Positions 26,119 through 35,751 of a stretch of 49,470 nt of DNA are shown here, piece by piece; within the stretch, counting starts at the first letter, position 1; the number at the start of each line of letters is the position of its first letter. The stretch spans positions 1 through 49,470 of the forward strand of contig CADAHV010000002.1 in NCBI GenBank assembly GCA_902787775.1, read 5' to 3'. The position numbers were made by a program, and so were the translations under genes. The notes beneath the pieces were generated by a model, which worked only from the letters and a program-made list of their open reading frames with translations, did no database searches and was not told the origin of the DNA. This DNA comes from an uncultured Erysipelotrichaceae bacterium (GTDB lineage: Bacteria > Bacillota_I > Bacilli_A > Erysipelotrichales > Erysipelotrichaceae).

Positions 26119-26958
26119 GATATAGGCAACGGCACAGGCGTAAGGGCCGATGTGAGCACCGACGGTTGCACCGACCGGAATGATCTGTTCTTCCTTGATC
26201 TCAAGTCCTTTTTCACGTAACTTTTCAGCCAGCTTATAGGCATTGACCTTGTCATAGGTATACATGACATAGAACGGATATTCAGGGTCCGGAACTTCGC
26301 TGTCCAGACGATCGACGATGTATTTGATCGCCTTGTTTAATCCGATGTGCTTGGATACGATCTCGGCTTTGCCTTGGGAATTGGCGGCACAGTGCATGAT
26401 CGGCTTGATGTGACCAAGCTGGGCGATATAGAACGCGGCGTTGGACAGACGTCCGTTTTTATAGAGATATTCCAGAGTGTCCATAGCGGTATAGATGACC
26501 GTCTTTTCTTTTAATGACTCCATCTTTTCAGCGATGGCCTTGCCGTCGCATCCTTCATCTCTCATCTTGACTGCTTTTTCCACCAGAAGACGCTGGCCGC
26601 CTGTGCAGGTCAAAGTATCGATGACGTAGATGCCGTCGTAATCGACCATGTTTTTGACGGACATGGCTGTCATATAATCACCGGAAAGTCCGGATGACAA
26701 AGGAAGATAAACAACTTCGTCGCCGTTTTCCTTGGCTTTTTCAAAGAGTTCCTCGAAGATTGCGACAGATGGCTGGGAAGTCTTCGGGAAATGCGGATCG
26801 GTCTGAAGCCTTTCGAAGAATTCTTCCTTGGAAATGGAAATGTTCTCCAGATATTGATCTTCACCGAACATGACCGACATCGGCAAGTAGGTGACATTCA
26901 TCTTCTTAAGTTCTTCCATTTCAAAATCAGCTGCGGAATCTGTAGCGATAATGACCAT
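26110..26958 (-). CDS. DegV family fatty-acid-binding protein
   Basis: MVIIATDSAADF at the start, plus LSSGLSG and the IGPY region near the C-terminus. ATG 26958 lies 8 nt after AGGAGG; the GTG at 26967 is too close to the SD. Confidence 0.88.
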   Translation of the reverse strand: MVIIATDSAADFEMEELKKMNVTYLPMSVMFGEDQYLENISISKEEFFERLQTDPHFPKTSQPSVAIFEELFEKAKENGDEVVYLPLSSGLSGDYMTAMSVKNMVDYDGIYVIDTLTCTGGQRLLVEKAVKMRDEGCDGKAIAEKMESLKEKTVIYTAMDTLEYLYKNGRLSNAAFYIAQLGHIKPIMHCAANSQGKAEIVSKHIGLNKAIKYIVDRLDSEVPDPEYPFYVMYTYDKVNAYKLAEKLREKGLEIKEEQIIPVGATVGAHIGPYACAVAYIKK

Positions 26959-27046
26959 ATAGATCACCTCCTAACAACTATTTTAATCCTGTTTGGAAAA
27001 CATGGGGATAAAATGATACAATCTATCATTGTGAGGTATGCAGGTC

Positions 27047-29329
27047 ATGAATGAAACGATCATAAAAACAATAGCTGATGAACTGAAGATCAGCGTAAAA
27101 CAAGTAAATACCGTTCTGGAGATGCTGGAAAACGGTGACACCGTTCCTTTCATCGCCAGATATAGAAAAGAACAGACCGGAGCTCTCGACGAGGAACAGA
27201 TCCTCTATATTGAGAAGCAGTACAAGTATGAACTCAACCTGGCAGAAAGAAAAGAGAGCGTCATCGGCTTAATCGAAGTTCAGGGCAAACTGACAGACGA
27301 ATTAAGAAAACAGATCATGGATTGCACCAAGCTCTCGCAGGTCGAGGACTTATACAAGCCATATAAGCAGAAAAAGAAGACCAGAGCCGGCATCGCCATC
27401 AAGAACGGTCTGGAACCGTTAAGCATCTATATGCTGTCTTTGCCGGAACACGGCGATCTGGAAAATGAGGCAGCCAAATACGTCAATGAAAATGTCAAAA
27501 CCGTTGCGGATGCCATTCAGGGCGCAAAAGACATCATCGCCGAAAACGTCTCTGATAATGCCAATCTGCGCTGGAAGTTCAAGGATCTGATCGTCAAGGC
27601 CGGAACCATCGATACGCAGTTAAAGAAGGATGCGGTCGATGAAAAGAAGGTCTATGAGATGTACTATGAATTCTCCGAGAAGATCTCCAATATTGCCGAT
27701 CACCGCGTTATGGCGATCGACAGAGCAGAAAAGGAAAAGGTCATTGCGGTCTCCATGTCCTATGACCTGGACCATATCAAGCAGCTGGCTCATGAAGCTT
27801 ATCTGAAAAACAAGAAGACCGATCTGGAAGATGTGATCGTCGAAGCGATCGATGATGGCATCGACCGTCTTTTGATGCCTTCCATCGAAAACGAGATCCG
27901 CAGCGATCTTTCCGAAAAGGCACATAACACTTCGATCGAAGTCTTCTCGTTGAATCTGGAAAAACTGCTTTCGCAAGCGCCTTTAAAGGGCAGGGTCGTC
28001 TTAGGCTTTGACCCTGGTTTCTATAACGGCTGCAAGCTGGCCGTCCTGGATGCAACCGGCAAGATGCTTTGCGTCGATAAGATCTATCCGTTCAGAAAAG
28101 ACGGAGATATTCCTCGCAGCAAGGCCAAACTCTTGAACATGATCAACAAATACGATGTCAAGATCATCGCCATCGGCAACGGTACAGCTTCCAGAGAATC
28201 CGAGAAGCTGGTCGCTGAACTGATCAACGAAAACGGTCTGGCAGTGGAATACGCCATCGTATCGGAAGCCGGTGCTTCCGTCTGGTCGGCCCAGGAAGAA
28301 GCCCGTAAGGAATTCCCTGATCTGGCGGTTGAAGAAAGATCGGCCGTTTCCATCGGCAGAAGACTGCTTGACCCATTGGCTGAACTCATCAAGATCGATC
28401 CGAAATCGATCGGTGTCGGTCAATACCAGCACGACCTGCCGGAAAAGGCATTGAACGAGCGTCTTGACGAAGCGATCATGAAGGTCGTCAACCGTGTCGG
28501 TGCTGACGTCAATACGGCTTCTGCCCAATTGCTGGAACACATTTCCGGTCTGAACAAGGGCATTGCCGCCGAGATCATCAATTACCGCAATGAGAACGGC
28601 AAGTTCTCTAACCGCAAGCAGCTGCTGAAAGTGAAGAAGCTGGGCGCAAAGGCCTTTGAACAGTGTGCCGGTTTCTTGCGCATCATCGACGGCGATGAAC
28701 CGCTGGATGCAACAAACATTCACCCGGAATCCTATGAACTGGCAAAGAAGGTCATGGAAGTTTCCGGCATCAGCAAGCTCGGTGATCCGAACATCACCTT
28801 CAATGAGGAAAAGATCAAGGAACTGGGCATTGATGAATATACCCTGAAGGATATCAAGGACTGCATCAAGGCTCCTTTGAGAGATTATCGTGATCAGTTT
28901 GACGGTGCGATACTCAAATCGAATATCCTGGAACTCAAGGACCTCAAGAAGGGCGATGAACTTTCCGGTACCGTCAGAAATGTCGTTGACTTCGGTGCCT
29001 TTGTCGATATCGGCCTGCACGATGACGGCTTGGTTCACATCTCCCGTATGTCGATGAAGAGAATCAACCATCCAAGTGAGGTGGTTTCCGTTGCCGATAT
29101 CGTCAAAGTTTATGTCTACGATGTCGATGAGGTGAAGCAGCGTGTACAGCTTTCACTGCTGCCGCTGGATGTACTGGCAAAAAGAGATGCCGACAACAAG
29201 GAATTCCGTTCCCGCCGCAAGGCAAAGAACCGTCCTTATCACAAAGAAAACGTGAAACAGGAAGAAAAAGAGATCGATGAAGAAGAAGCAATGAAGCGTC
29301 TTCTGGAACGGTTCGGTTCAAGACATTAA
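27047..29329 (+). CDS. tex: Tex-like transcription accessory protein (YqgF/RuvC-like, HhH and S1 domains)
   Basis: About 760 aa. TVPFIARYRKEQTG at the N-terminus, GFDPGFYNGCKLAVLD (YqgF) and a C-terminal S1 domain GTVRNVVDFGAFVDIG. Confidence 0.92.
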   Translation: MNETIIKTIADELKISVKQVNTVLEMLENGDTVPFIARYRKEQTGALDEEQILYIEKQYKYELNLAERKESVIGLIEVQGKLTDELRKQIMDCTKLSQVEDLYKPYKQKKKTRAGIAIKNGLEPLSIYMLSLPEHGDLENEAAKYVNENVKTVADAIQGAKDIIAENVSDNANLRWKFKDLIVKAGTIDTQLKKDAVDEKKVYEMYYEFSEKISNIADHRVMAIDRAEKEKVIAVSMSYDLDHIKQLAHEAYLKNKKTDLEDVIVEAIDDGIDRLLMPSIENEIRSDLSEKAHNTSIEVFSLNLEKLLSQAPLKGRVVLGFDPGFYNGCKLAVLDATGKMLCVDKIYPFRKDGDIPRSKAKLLNMINKYDVKIIAIGNGTASRESEKLVAELINENGLAVEYAIVSEAGASVWSAQEEARKEFPDLAVEERSAVSIGRRLLDPLAELIKIDPKSIGVGQYQHDLPEKALNERLDEAIMKVVNRVGADVNTASAQLLEHISGLNKGIAAEIINYRNENGKFSNRKQLLKVKKLGAKAFEQCAGFLRIIDGDEPLDATNIHPESYELAKKVMEVSGISKLGDPNITFNEEKIKELGIDEYTLKDIKDCIKAPLRDYRDQFDGAILKSNILELKDLKKGDELSGTVRNVVDFGAFVDIGLHDDGLVHISRMSMKRINHPSEVVSVADIVKVYVYDVDEVKQRVQLSLLPLDVLAKRDADNKEFRSRRKAKNRPYHKENVKQEEKEIDEEEAMKRLLERFGSRH

Positions 29330-29335
29330 GATACG

Positions 29336-29366
29336 AAAGACAGGTTGAAAAGCCTGTCTTTTTTGA
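29336..29366 (+). terminator. Intrinsic terminator of tex
   Basis: AGACAGG (29338-29344) pairs with CCTGTCT (29353-29359), followed by T6. Confidence 0.75.
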
Positions 29367-29376
29367 TTTGGGCAAT

Positions 29377-29398
29377 AAAAAAAGTCCTTCAGCGGACT
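29377..29398 (-). terminator. Intrinsic terminator of tRNA-Thr
   Basis: On the minus strand, AGTCC-GCTGAA-GGACT is followed by T7. Confidence 0.55.
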
Positions 29399-29407
29399 GT
29401 TAAGAAA

Positions 29408-29481
29408 TGGTGCCGACACCGTGAATTGAACACGGGATTCATCCTTACCATGGATGCGTATTACCACTATACTATGTCGGC
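29408..29481 (-). tRNA. tRNA-Thr (anticodon GGU)
   Basis: The reverse complement is GCCGACATAGTATAGTGGTAATAC..ATGGTAA..GTTCAATTCAC..GTCGGCACCA. Confidence 0.9.
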
Positions 29482-29511
29482 CTGTAAATCAATTTTACTA
29501 TAAAAGATCGC

Positions 29512-29536
29512 AAATAAAAATATCCAAACGGATATT
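29512..29536 (-). terminator. Hairpin with T-rich tail directly downstream of maf
   Basis: AATATCC (29519-29525) pairs with GGATATT (29530-29536) around loop AAAC. TTTATTT follows on the minus strand. Confidence 0.5.
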
Positions 29537-29538
29537 TT

Positions 29539-30096
29539 TTAAAGATATTTTTTCAGACGATGATAGAGCTCAGCGACCGGCAGGCCGACGATCGTATAAT
29601 AATCGCCATGGATCGACTGAATGAATTTGGCGGCATCGCCTTGAATGGCGTAGGCACCGGCTTTGTCCATCGGCTCGTTGGTGGCGATGTACTCATCGAT
29701 CTCCTTTTCGCTTAACGGATAGAACTTTACTTCCGCAACACTGGAGAAGGTTTCGGCTTTTCCCTGATAAAGGATGGTGACACCGGTCACGACCTCGTGG
29801 GTGTGATCGGAAAGCTCCATCAGCATTTCTTTTGCCTGCCTGATGCTGTGGGGTTTGCCTAAGACATCATTGCCGATCTTGACGATGGTGTCCGAACCGA
29901 TGACCAGGGCGTCCTGATGATCCTTATAGACAGCGTTGGCTTTCTGGAAGGAGAGTTTTTCGATCTCTTTGACCAGATCGTTTTGCGGATTGATCTGTTC
30001 ATCGATATCGGAGACGATGACTTCAAAGGGAACTTTCAGCAGTTCCATCAGTTCTCTTCGCCTCGGTGACTTGGAAGCAAGAATGATTCTAGTCAT
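29539..30096 (-). CDS. maf: Maf-like nucleoside triphosphate pyrophosphatase (septum formation protein)
   Basis: MTRIILASKSPRRRELM, GSDTIV and AGAYAIQG motifs. The start at 30096 overlaps the coaX stop by 8 nt. Confidence 0.9.
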   Translation of the reverse strand: MTRIILASKSPRRRELMELLKVPFEVIVSDIDEQINPQNDLVKEIEKLSFQKANAVYKDHQDALVIGSDTIVKIGNDVLGKPHSIRQAKEMLMELSDHTHEVVTGVTILYQGKAETFSSVAEVKFYPLSEKEIDEYIATNEPMDKAGAYAIQGDAAKFIQSIHGDYYTIVGLPVAELYHRLKKYL

Positions 30097-30850
30097 CAAT
30101 ATACCTCTGACCGAGATAGTTGAGGCCTCTGGTGACGAAGTCCGGATCGTATTCATTGAAGATGTTCAGATATGGCGCGACCTTTTTGCCCAGTCCGCCG
30201 CAGCCGATGATATACATATCTTCGCCGATCTCGTTTCGCATGCCCAGGATGAGCGATTTCAGCATTCCGATATAGCCGTTGTAGATACCGACGTTCATGG
30301 CGTCGATCGTATTGTCAGCCAGATAGGTATTGACCGGTTTTAATTCAAATTCCGGCAACTGTGCTGCGTTTTTCCATAAGGTCTCAGCGATCTTGGAGAA
30401 GCCCGGAGCTATGATGCAGTGCTTGAATTCGCCGCTCTTGGTGACGTGGCATAAAACGGTTGCGGTCCCCATTGATACGATGAGCATTTCTCTGTGGTAG
30501 AGATTGTAGGCGTAGGCACACATGACGATCAGATCATCGCCGGTGTCCTGCGGATTTGGCATGACCAGCTTGATGCCGTAATCGGTCGACGGATTGATAT
30601 CGATGATATTGCGTTCGCCGACGATCGATGCCAGGGCATCGTAGATCAGGTCATAGACTCTTGGAACGACACAGGAAAGAATGGCTTTATCGATTGCATC
30701 TTCCCGCAAATTGGCTTTGTAGATAAAAGACAGGATAAGACTGCGGTAATTGTCGTGAACACCATCGGCACAAAGGAAAGAGATCTGTAAATCACCATCG
30801 AAGAGACCCAGTTTTGTGCTGGTATTTCCTAAATCAATTGTTAAAATCAT
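30089..30850 (-). CDS. coaX: Type III pantothenate kinase
   Basis: MILTIDLGNTSTKLGLF (actin-fold phosphate-1), GTATVL and IGCGG segments. The ORF opens at 30886, and 30850 is the family-typical start. Confidence 0.88.
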   Translation of the reverse strand: MILTIDLGNTSTKLGLFDGDLQISFLCADGVHDNYRSLILSFIYKANLREDAIDKAILSCVVPRVYDLIYDALASIVGERNIIDINPSTDYGIKLVMPNPQDTGDDLIVMCAYAYNLYHREMLIVSMGTATVLCHVTKSGEFKHCIIAPGFSKIAETLWKNAAQLPEFELKPVNTYLADNTIDAMNVGIYNGYIGMLKSLILGMRNEIGEDMYIIGCGGLGKKVAPYLNIFNEYDPDFVTRGLNYLGQRYIDD

Positions 30851-30913
30851 ACACATTATTATAATGGTTATGAATTGCTTTTTCAAAGATATTATTATAA
30901 GATAAACCCGTAT

Positions 30914-30996
30914 CCGGGCTTGGCGGAACTGGTAGACGCGCCAGACTTAGAATCTGGTGGGCGACCGTGGGGGTTCGAGTCCCTTAGCCCGGACCA
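30914..30996 (+). tRNA. tRNA-Leu (anticodon UAG), with a long variable arm
   Basis: The sequence is CCGGGCTTGGCGGAACTGGTAGACGCG..CTTAGAA..variable arm..GGTTCGAGTCCC..AGCCCGGACCA. Confidence 0.88.
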
Positions 30997-31006
30997 TATA
31001 GCGTTT

Positions 31007-31036
31007 AAGGTCATCGAAAAGATGGCCTTTTTCTTT
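31007..31036 (+). terminator. Intrinsic terminator of tRNA-Leu
   Basis: AAGGTCATC (31007-31015) pairs with GATGGCCTT (31021-31029), including one G-U pair, followed by TTTTCTTT. Confidence 0.6.
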
Positions 31037-31070
31037 GTTTGTTATACTAAAAATGAAGATGAAATAATAT

Positions 31071-32237
31071 ATGAAAAAGCATGGATTCTGTTCATTCATA
31101 ATTGCCTTGCTGCTGCTGTCCGGCTGCGGTTTTTCCCGTCCGGAAACGGTCAAAGAAGAAAAAGAAGTCGTCTCAGAAACCTATGAAGATGTCCTTGTTA
31201 AGGCAAGACAGATCGATGCAGACGGCAATCTTTATCTTGCCGTCACGCCGCAGTACCTGAATGAAAAAGGATATGAGGCGGGGGATCTGGTTCAGGTGAT
31301 GATCAATGAACAAAGTTATGAGATGGCGATCCTGGCCTGTCCTTCAGATGATGTAAGTGATGAGATGGCCTGTCTTTTTCAAAGCGAAGCAGACAACAAA
31401 GATCTTGTTTATCTTCATGTTCAAAACGGCAGCTTTGCGAAACAAGCCGGCATCATAGACCAATCCGGGAAGATTCTGCCTGATGTCAGTTTCCATATGA
31501 TAGAGAAACAGAATCGGAGTGAGGAGTATCCCTCAGATGAGAGACTTTATCAAAGAAGCGATGAACGAAAGGATTATCCTCATTTAAGCGATGCGGAATA
31601 TGCCAATTTCAGAAATGTGGATACAAGCGGCATGGGAAAGGGTACTTTATATCGTTCCTCTTCCCCGATCAATCCAAAAATCATGCGGAACAAGGAGGCA
31701 GATGCCGCCCTTGAAGCGGCAAAGATCAAAACGATCTTCAATATGGCAGACTATGAAAACGGCATGAAGCAGCATCCGGATTATGAAAATTCATATTATG
31801 CCGGCTGCAATACGATCGCCTTGAATATGAGCACGGTCTATGAGACCGATGAATTCAAGGAAAGACTGGCCAAGGGCTTTCGCTTCCTCTTGTCGAACGA
31901 GGGCCCTTATCTGATCCATTGCACGGAGGGCAAAGACCGTACCGGTTTTGCGGTGGCAGTTCTGGAGTGCTTTATGGGAGCAGGTGCCGATGAAGTCATC
32001 AGCGACTACATGAGGACCTATTATAACTACATCGGTGTGAAGCTGGGTTCCCTCGTCTATCACCGCATCGCATCACGCAATATCATGAAAACGATCGCCA
32101 AGGCTTTTCATGTCGAATCGATCTATGAGATCGACCTGCAGGCAAAGGCAGAAGAGTATCTCCTTGAGATCGGTTTGAGCGCTGAAGAGATCGAAGAATT
32201 GAGGAATGCCTTGGGAAGAGATTTTGCGCAAAACTGA
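31071..32237 (+). CDS. Lipoprotein with a C-terminal Cys-based phosphatase domain (Y_phosphatase3-like, CX5R)
   Basis: Signal peptide with lipobox LLLSGCG. Active-site loop HCTEGKDRTG. The N-terminal domain of about 130 aa was not recognised. Confidence 0.8.
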   Translation: MKKHGFCSFIIALLLLSGCGFSRPETVKEEKEVVSETYEDVLVKARQIDADGNLYLAVTPQYLNEKGYEAGDLVQVMINEQSYEMAILACPSDDVSDEMACLFQSEADNKDLVYLHVQNGSFAKQAGIIDQSGKILPDVSFHMIEKQNRSEEYPSDERLYQRSDERKDYPHLSDAEYANFRNVDTSGMGKGTLYRSSSPINPKIMRNKEADAALEAAKIKTIFNMADYENGMKQHPDYENSYYAGCNTIALNMSTVYETDEFKERLAKGFRFLLSNEGPYLIHCTEGKDRTGFAVAVLECFMGAGADEVISDYMRTYYNYIGVKLGSLVYHRIASRNIMKTIAKAFHVESIYEIDLQAKAEEYLLEIGLSAEEIEELRNALGRDFAQN

Positions 32238-32426
32238 GATAGACAGATCAAAAAGCAGAGGTTTGGCCAGGGATAAGAGAGAAAATGTCTTCATATTTCG
32301 CTGATAAGATAACAAAAGAGGCTAAAAAGCCGCAAAAACTATGAAAAATGAAAAAAGATGAGATAATAGAAGAGTCATAGGATGGTCTGTGACGTATTTT
32401 TATTGAATTGTGAGGGGTATTACAAA

Positions 32427-34253
32427 ATGTCTGAAAAAAAAGAAGAAAAGAAGACAAAGAGCAAAACAGTAAAAAATGACAAAGCAGAAAGTGCCCTGAA
32501 GACCGCTGAAAAGAAGACCACGAGAAAGACAACGGTCAAGAAGGCGAGCAAGCCTGCCGAGACGGAAGCTGCAATGGCTGAAGTCATAGTCGATGCGGAT
32601 GGCAAAGTTTCCAAGAGCGTGATGCCGGAAAGAAAGACCAGAACAGTTAAGACTGCGTCTAAGACCAGCAAGATCGCCAAGGAAGAAAAGCCGGAGGCTG
32701 AGAAAAAAGTCAGAAAGACTGTAAAAGCTGTAAAAGTCAAAAAAGCGGAAGAAGTAAGTGCGGAAGCACCGGTTGTTGAAGAACCGGTTGTTGATTTGGG
32801 TCCGCGCAGAAGCGTTGCCTTCATCGGTTCGGAGTGCTATCCGTTTGTCAAGACCGGTGGTCTGGCAGATGTCATGTATGCTTTGCCGAAGGAGCTGGTA
32901 AAGCAGAACTGCGACGTCAAGGTAATCCTGCCGCGTTATAAGTGCATTCCATGGAAGTACCAGGAAAAGATGGTCTACAAAGGCGAGTTCTATATGGACT
33001 TGTTCGCTGACGGCCGTCAGTTCTATGTCGGTATCATGGAATACGAATGGGATGGTGTCGTCTATGATTTCATCGACAACGAAGAATTCTTTGCCGGCGG
33101 CAATCCTTATACCAATATGGTTGACGACATTCCTAAGTTCTGTTATTTTGCCAAGGCAGCATTGTCTGCATTGCTTTATCTGAATTGGATCCCTGATATC
33201 ATCCACTGCCATGACTGGCAGGCGGCTCTGGTTCCGGTCTATCTGCACACCTTGTTTGAGAATACTGCATTAGCCAATTCCAAGACGATCATGACCGTAC
33301 ACAACCTGCGTTTCCAGGGTATCTACGATCTTGGTTCGGTGCGTTACTGGTCCGGTTTGCCTGACTACGTCTTCAACAAGGACGCTTTGAAGGTCAACTA
33401 CAATGATGCCAACATGCTCAAGGGCGGTCTGGCATATGCCAATATGATCACGACGGTTTCTTCCACCTATGCCGGTGAGATCCAGACGGAATTCTATGGC
33501 GAAGGCCTTGATGCGCATCTGCGTTATCATTCCGGCAAGCTCAGCGGTATCGTCAACGGTATCGACTGCGATATCTGGAATCCGAGCACGGATCAGAGGA
33601 TCTACACCAACTACGATACGGAAGATGTCATCGAAAAGAAGAAGGCCAACAAGAGAGCCTTACAGGAAGAACTCGGCCTGCAGGTCGATGATTCCAAGTT
33701 TGTCATCGGTTTGATCTCCCGTCTGACCAATCAGAAGGGTCTGGATTTGGTCAATGCCATCGTTCCGCAGATGATCGACGGCAATACCCAGCTGGTTGTC
33801 TTAGGAACCGGCGATGCCAACTATGAAGATTCCTTCCGTTACTACGAAGGCGCTTATAAGGGTGAGGTCTGCTCCAACATCATGTACGATGAAGACAGAG
33901 CACACCGCATCTATGCCGCATCCGATGCTTTACTGGTTCCGTCCTTATTTGAACCATGCGGACTGACACAGCTGATCGCCATGCGCTATGGCACATTGCC
34001 GATCGTCAGAGAGACCGGCGGTCTTAAGGATACGGTTGAACCGTACAACATGTACGAAGACAGCGGCAACGGCTTTACCTTTGACGGCTATGATGCCGGC
34101 CTGCTGCTCGATGCGGTCAACAGAGCCAAGACATTATACTTTGAATACCGCGACAGCTTCGACAAGATGGTCGTCCGTGATATGCAAAAGGATGTCTCCT
34201 GGGAAAAATCAGCCGCTCAGTACAGAGATCTGTATCTGCGGTTAAAGCCTTAA
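32427..34253 (+). CDS. glgA: Glycogen (starch) synthase, GT5, with a Lys-rich N-terminal extension of about 129 aa
   Basis: The core begins VAFIGSECYPFVKTGGLADV (KTGGL motif) and includes HCHDWQAAL, TVHNLRFQG and PSLFEPCGLTQL. ATG 32427 follows a GAGGGG RBS. Confidence 0.92.
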   Translation: MSEKKEEKKTKSKTVKNDKAESALKTAEKKTTRKTTVKKASKPAETEAAMAEVIVDADGKVSKSVMPERKTRTVKTASKTSKIAKEEKPEAEKKVRKTVKAVKVKKAEEVSAEAPVVEEPVVDLGPRRSVAFIGSECYPFVKTGGLADVMYALPKELVKQNCDVKVILPRYKCIPWKYQEKMVYKGEFYMDLFADGRQFYVGIMEYEWDGVVYDFIDNEEFFAGGNPYTNMVDDIPKFCYFAKAALSALLYLNWIPDIIHCHDWQAALVPVYLHTLFENTALANSKTIMTVHNLRFQGIYDLGSVRYWSGLPDYVFNKDALKVNYNDANMLKGGLAYANMITTVSSTYAGEIQTEFYGEGLDAHLRYHSGKLSGIVNGIDCDIWNPSTDQRIYTNYDTEDVIEKKKANKRALQEELGLQVDDSKFVIGLISRLTNQKGLDLVNAIVPQMIDGNTQLVVLGTGDANYEDSFRYYEGAYKGEVCSNIMYDEDRAHRIYAASDALLVPSLFEPCGLTQLIAMRYGTLPIVRETGGLKDTVEPYNMYEDSGNGFTFDGYDAGLLLDAVNRAKTLYFEYRDSFDKMVVRDMQKDVSWEKSAAQYRDLYLRLKP

Positions 34254-34272
34254 GCGTTTAAACTCAATTTCA

Positions 34273-34305
34273 ATACTCCCGACATTTGCCGGGAGTATTT
34301 TTTTG
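34273..34305 (+). terminator. Intrinsic terminator of glgA
   Basis: ATACTCCCG (34273-34281) pairs with CGGGAGTAT (34290-34298), followed by T7. Confidence 0.8.
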
Positions 34306-34337
34306 TTTGTAAGAGAGAATCCATTATAATCTTTAGT

Positions 34338-35671
34338 GTGAATAAGGAACATCAAAGAGAAAATATTGAATTGATGAAAAAGATCCTGGTCTTTGCCTGG
34401 CCGATCATGGCGGCAAACATCTTACAGATCTCTTTCAATTTTGCCGATACCCTGGTGGTCGGCAACTTCGTCTCCGATAAGGGACTGGCAGCAGTCGGTT
34501 CGGCAGCACCGCTGATTGTCTTTTTTACCTGGGGACTCAACGGACTTTCTCTGGGCAGTGATGTTTTGATTTCCCGCATGATCGGGGCAAAAGAAAACGG
34601 AAAGATCGCCAAGGCTGTTTTTTCTTCAATCCTGGTGGCTTTATTCTTTGGCATAGGTATCGGTATTCTGGGAAATCTTTTGAGCAGTTTCTTTCTGAAG
34701 CTGCTTTCCACGCCGGAAGACATACTGAATGAGGCGTCCTTGTATACCAGGATCTATTTCCTGGCCTGTCCGGCGATCAGCCTGTATCATTTCGGCTCTT
34801 CCATTCTGCGTTCCAGTGGCAACACCAAGGATCCGACATTGTACCTTGGCCTGTCCGGTCTTTTGAATGTGGTGCTGAATCTGATCTTTGTGGCTTTTGC
34901 GCATCTGGGTATTGCCGGAGCTGCTGTTTCGACGGTGATCTCTCAATGTTTTTCTGCCTTTTTGATCCTGCGGCGCCTTTTAAGGGAAGAAGGTGTCATA
35001 GCCTTGTCTTTGGATCCCGGCCTTTTTGATTATCACCTGGCTTTGAAGATTTTGAGTTATGGTATCCCTTCGGCATTGCAGAATCAGCTCTTTTCTTTCA
35101 GCAATATCGTCATTCAGTCGGGCATCAACTCCTTTGGTTCCGCCTTCGTGGCGGCCAATACGGCTGCCAATATGTCTACGTCTTTGTCGACGCCTTTCCT
35201 TTGACATCGCTGACGTTCAATTCCCGCTACTATGGGGCAAAGGAATACGAAAAGATCAGGAAAGTGACCTGGATGACCTTCTTCATCTGCGGCATCGGTG
35301 CTTTTGCGATCGGTTCCTTCATTCTTTTGAACGGACCGTTTCTGCTTGGCTTGCTGACAAGGGAAGAGGAGATCATCTCTTTGGGCATGTACCGTCTAAG
35401 CTGCGTGACTTTCTTCCTTTTCCTGAATGGTCTTCTGGATGTGATCGTGAATTCAATCAGGGGGATGGGTCTCATTTATCTTCCGACGCTGATTACTCTG
35501 TTTGGCGTCTGCGGTTTTCGTCTGGTTTATCTGTATACCTATTTTGCCCTTCACCATACGCCGGTGGCTTTATACAGCTGTTTCCCGTTGAGCTGGATGC
35601 TGGCTTTGCTGATACAGCTGCCGATCTGGTTTATCCGCTACAGGCGGATCCGTCAGGAAAGGGGAAATTGA
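34338..35671 (+). pseudogene. MATE-family efflux transporter split by a frameshift near 35165-35175
   Basis: ORFs 34338-35204 (288 aa) and 35201-35671 (156 aa) together make one MATE-sized polytopic protein of about 440 aa. The MATE-like sequence YVYVFVDAFPLTSLTFNSRYYGAKEYEKI continues in the other frame upstream of 35201. Confidence 0.75.
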
Positions 35672-35709
35672 GGGATCTCATCCATCTTTTCAAAAAAAGT
35701 AAAAAATGT

Positions 35710-35738
35710 TTGGAAAGATGAAAGGTTTAGTATATAAT
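35710..35738 (+). promoter_or_regulatory. Candidate promoter of tRNA-Val (TTGGAA, 17-nt spacer, TATAAT)
   Basis: TTGGAA at 35710-35715 and TATAAT at 35733-35738, 13 nt before the tRNA 5' end. Confidence 0.45.
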
Positions 35739-35751
35739 TAATAAGGTATCC

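Noticed and set aside
30970-30987. 18-nt identity (GGGGTTCGAGTCCCTTAG) shared with 35801-35818, considered as possible att-type direct repeats bounding an island between tRNA-Leu and tRNA-Val
   Set aside because: The repeat is simply the conserved T-arm of the two tRNAs. There is no integrase or recombinase, and the intervening genes (phosphatase lipoprotein, glgA, MATE) show no mobile-element content.
30875-31186. 103-aa plus-strand ORF
   Set aside because: It reads straight through tRNA-Leu and its terminator into the start of the lipoprotein gene, so it is an artefact.
35059-35721. 220-aa ORF in a third frame across the MATE frameshift region
   Set aside because: The translation is Arg/Ser/Leu-rich and not membrane-like. 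The two MATE-like frames account for the region.
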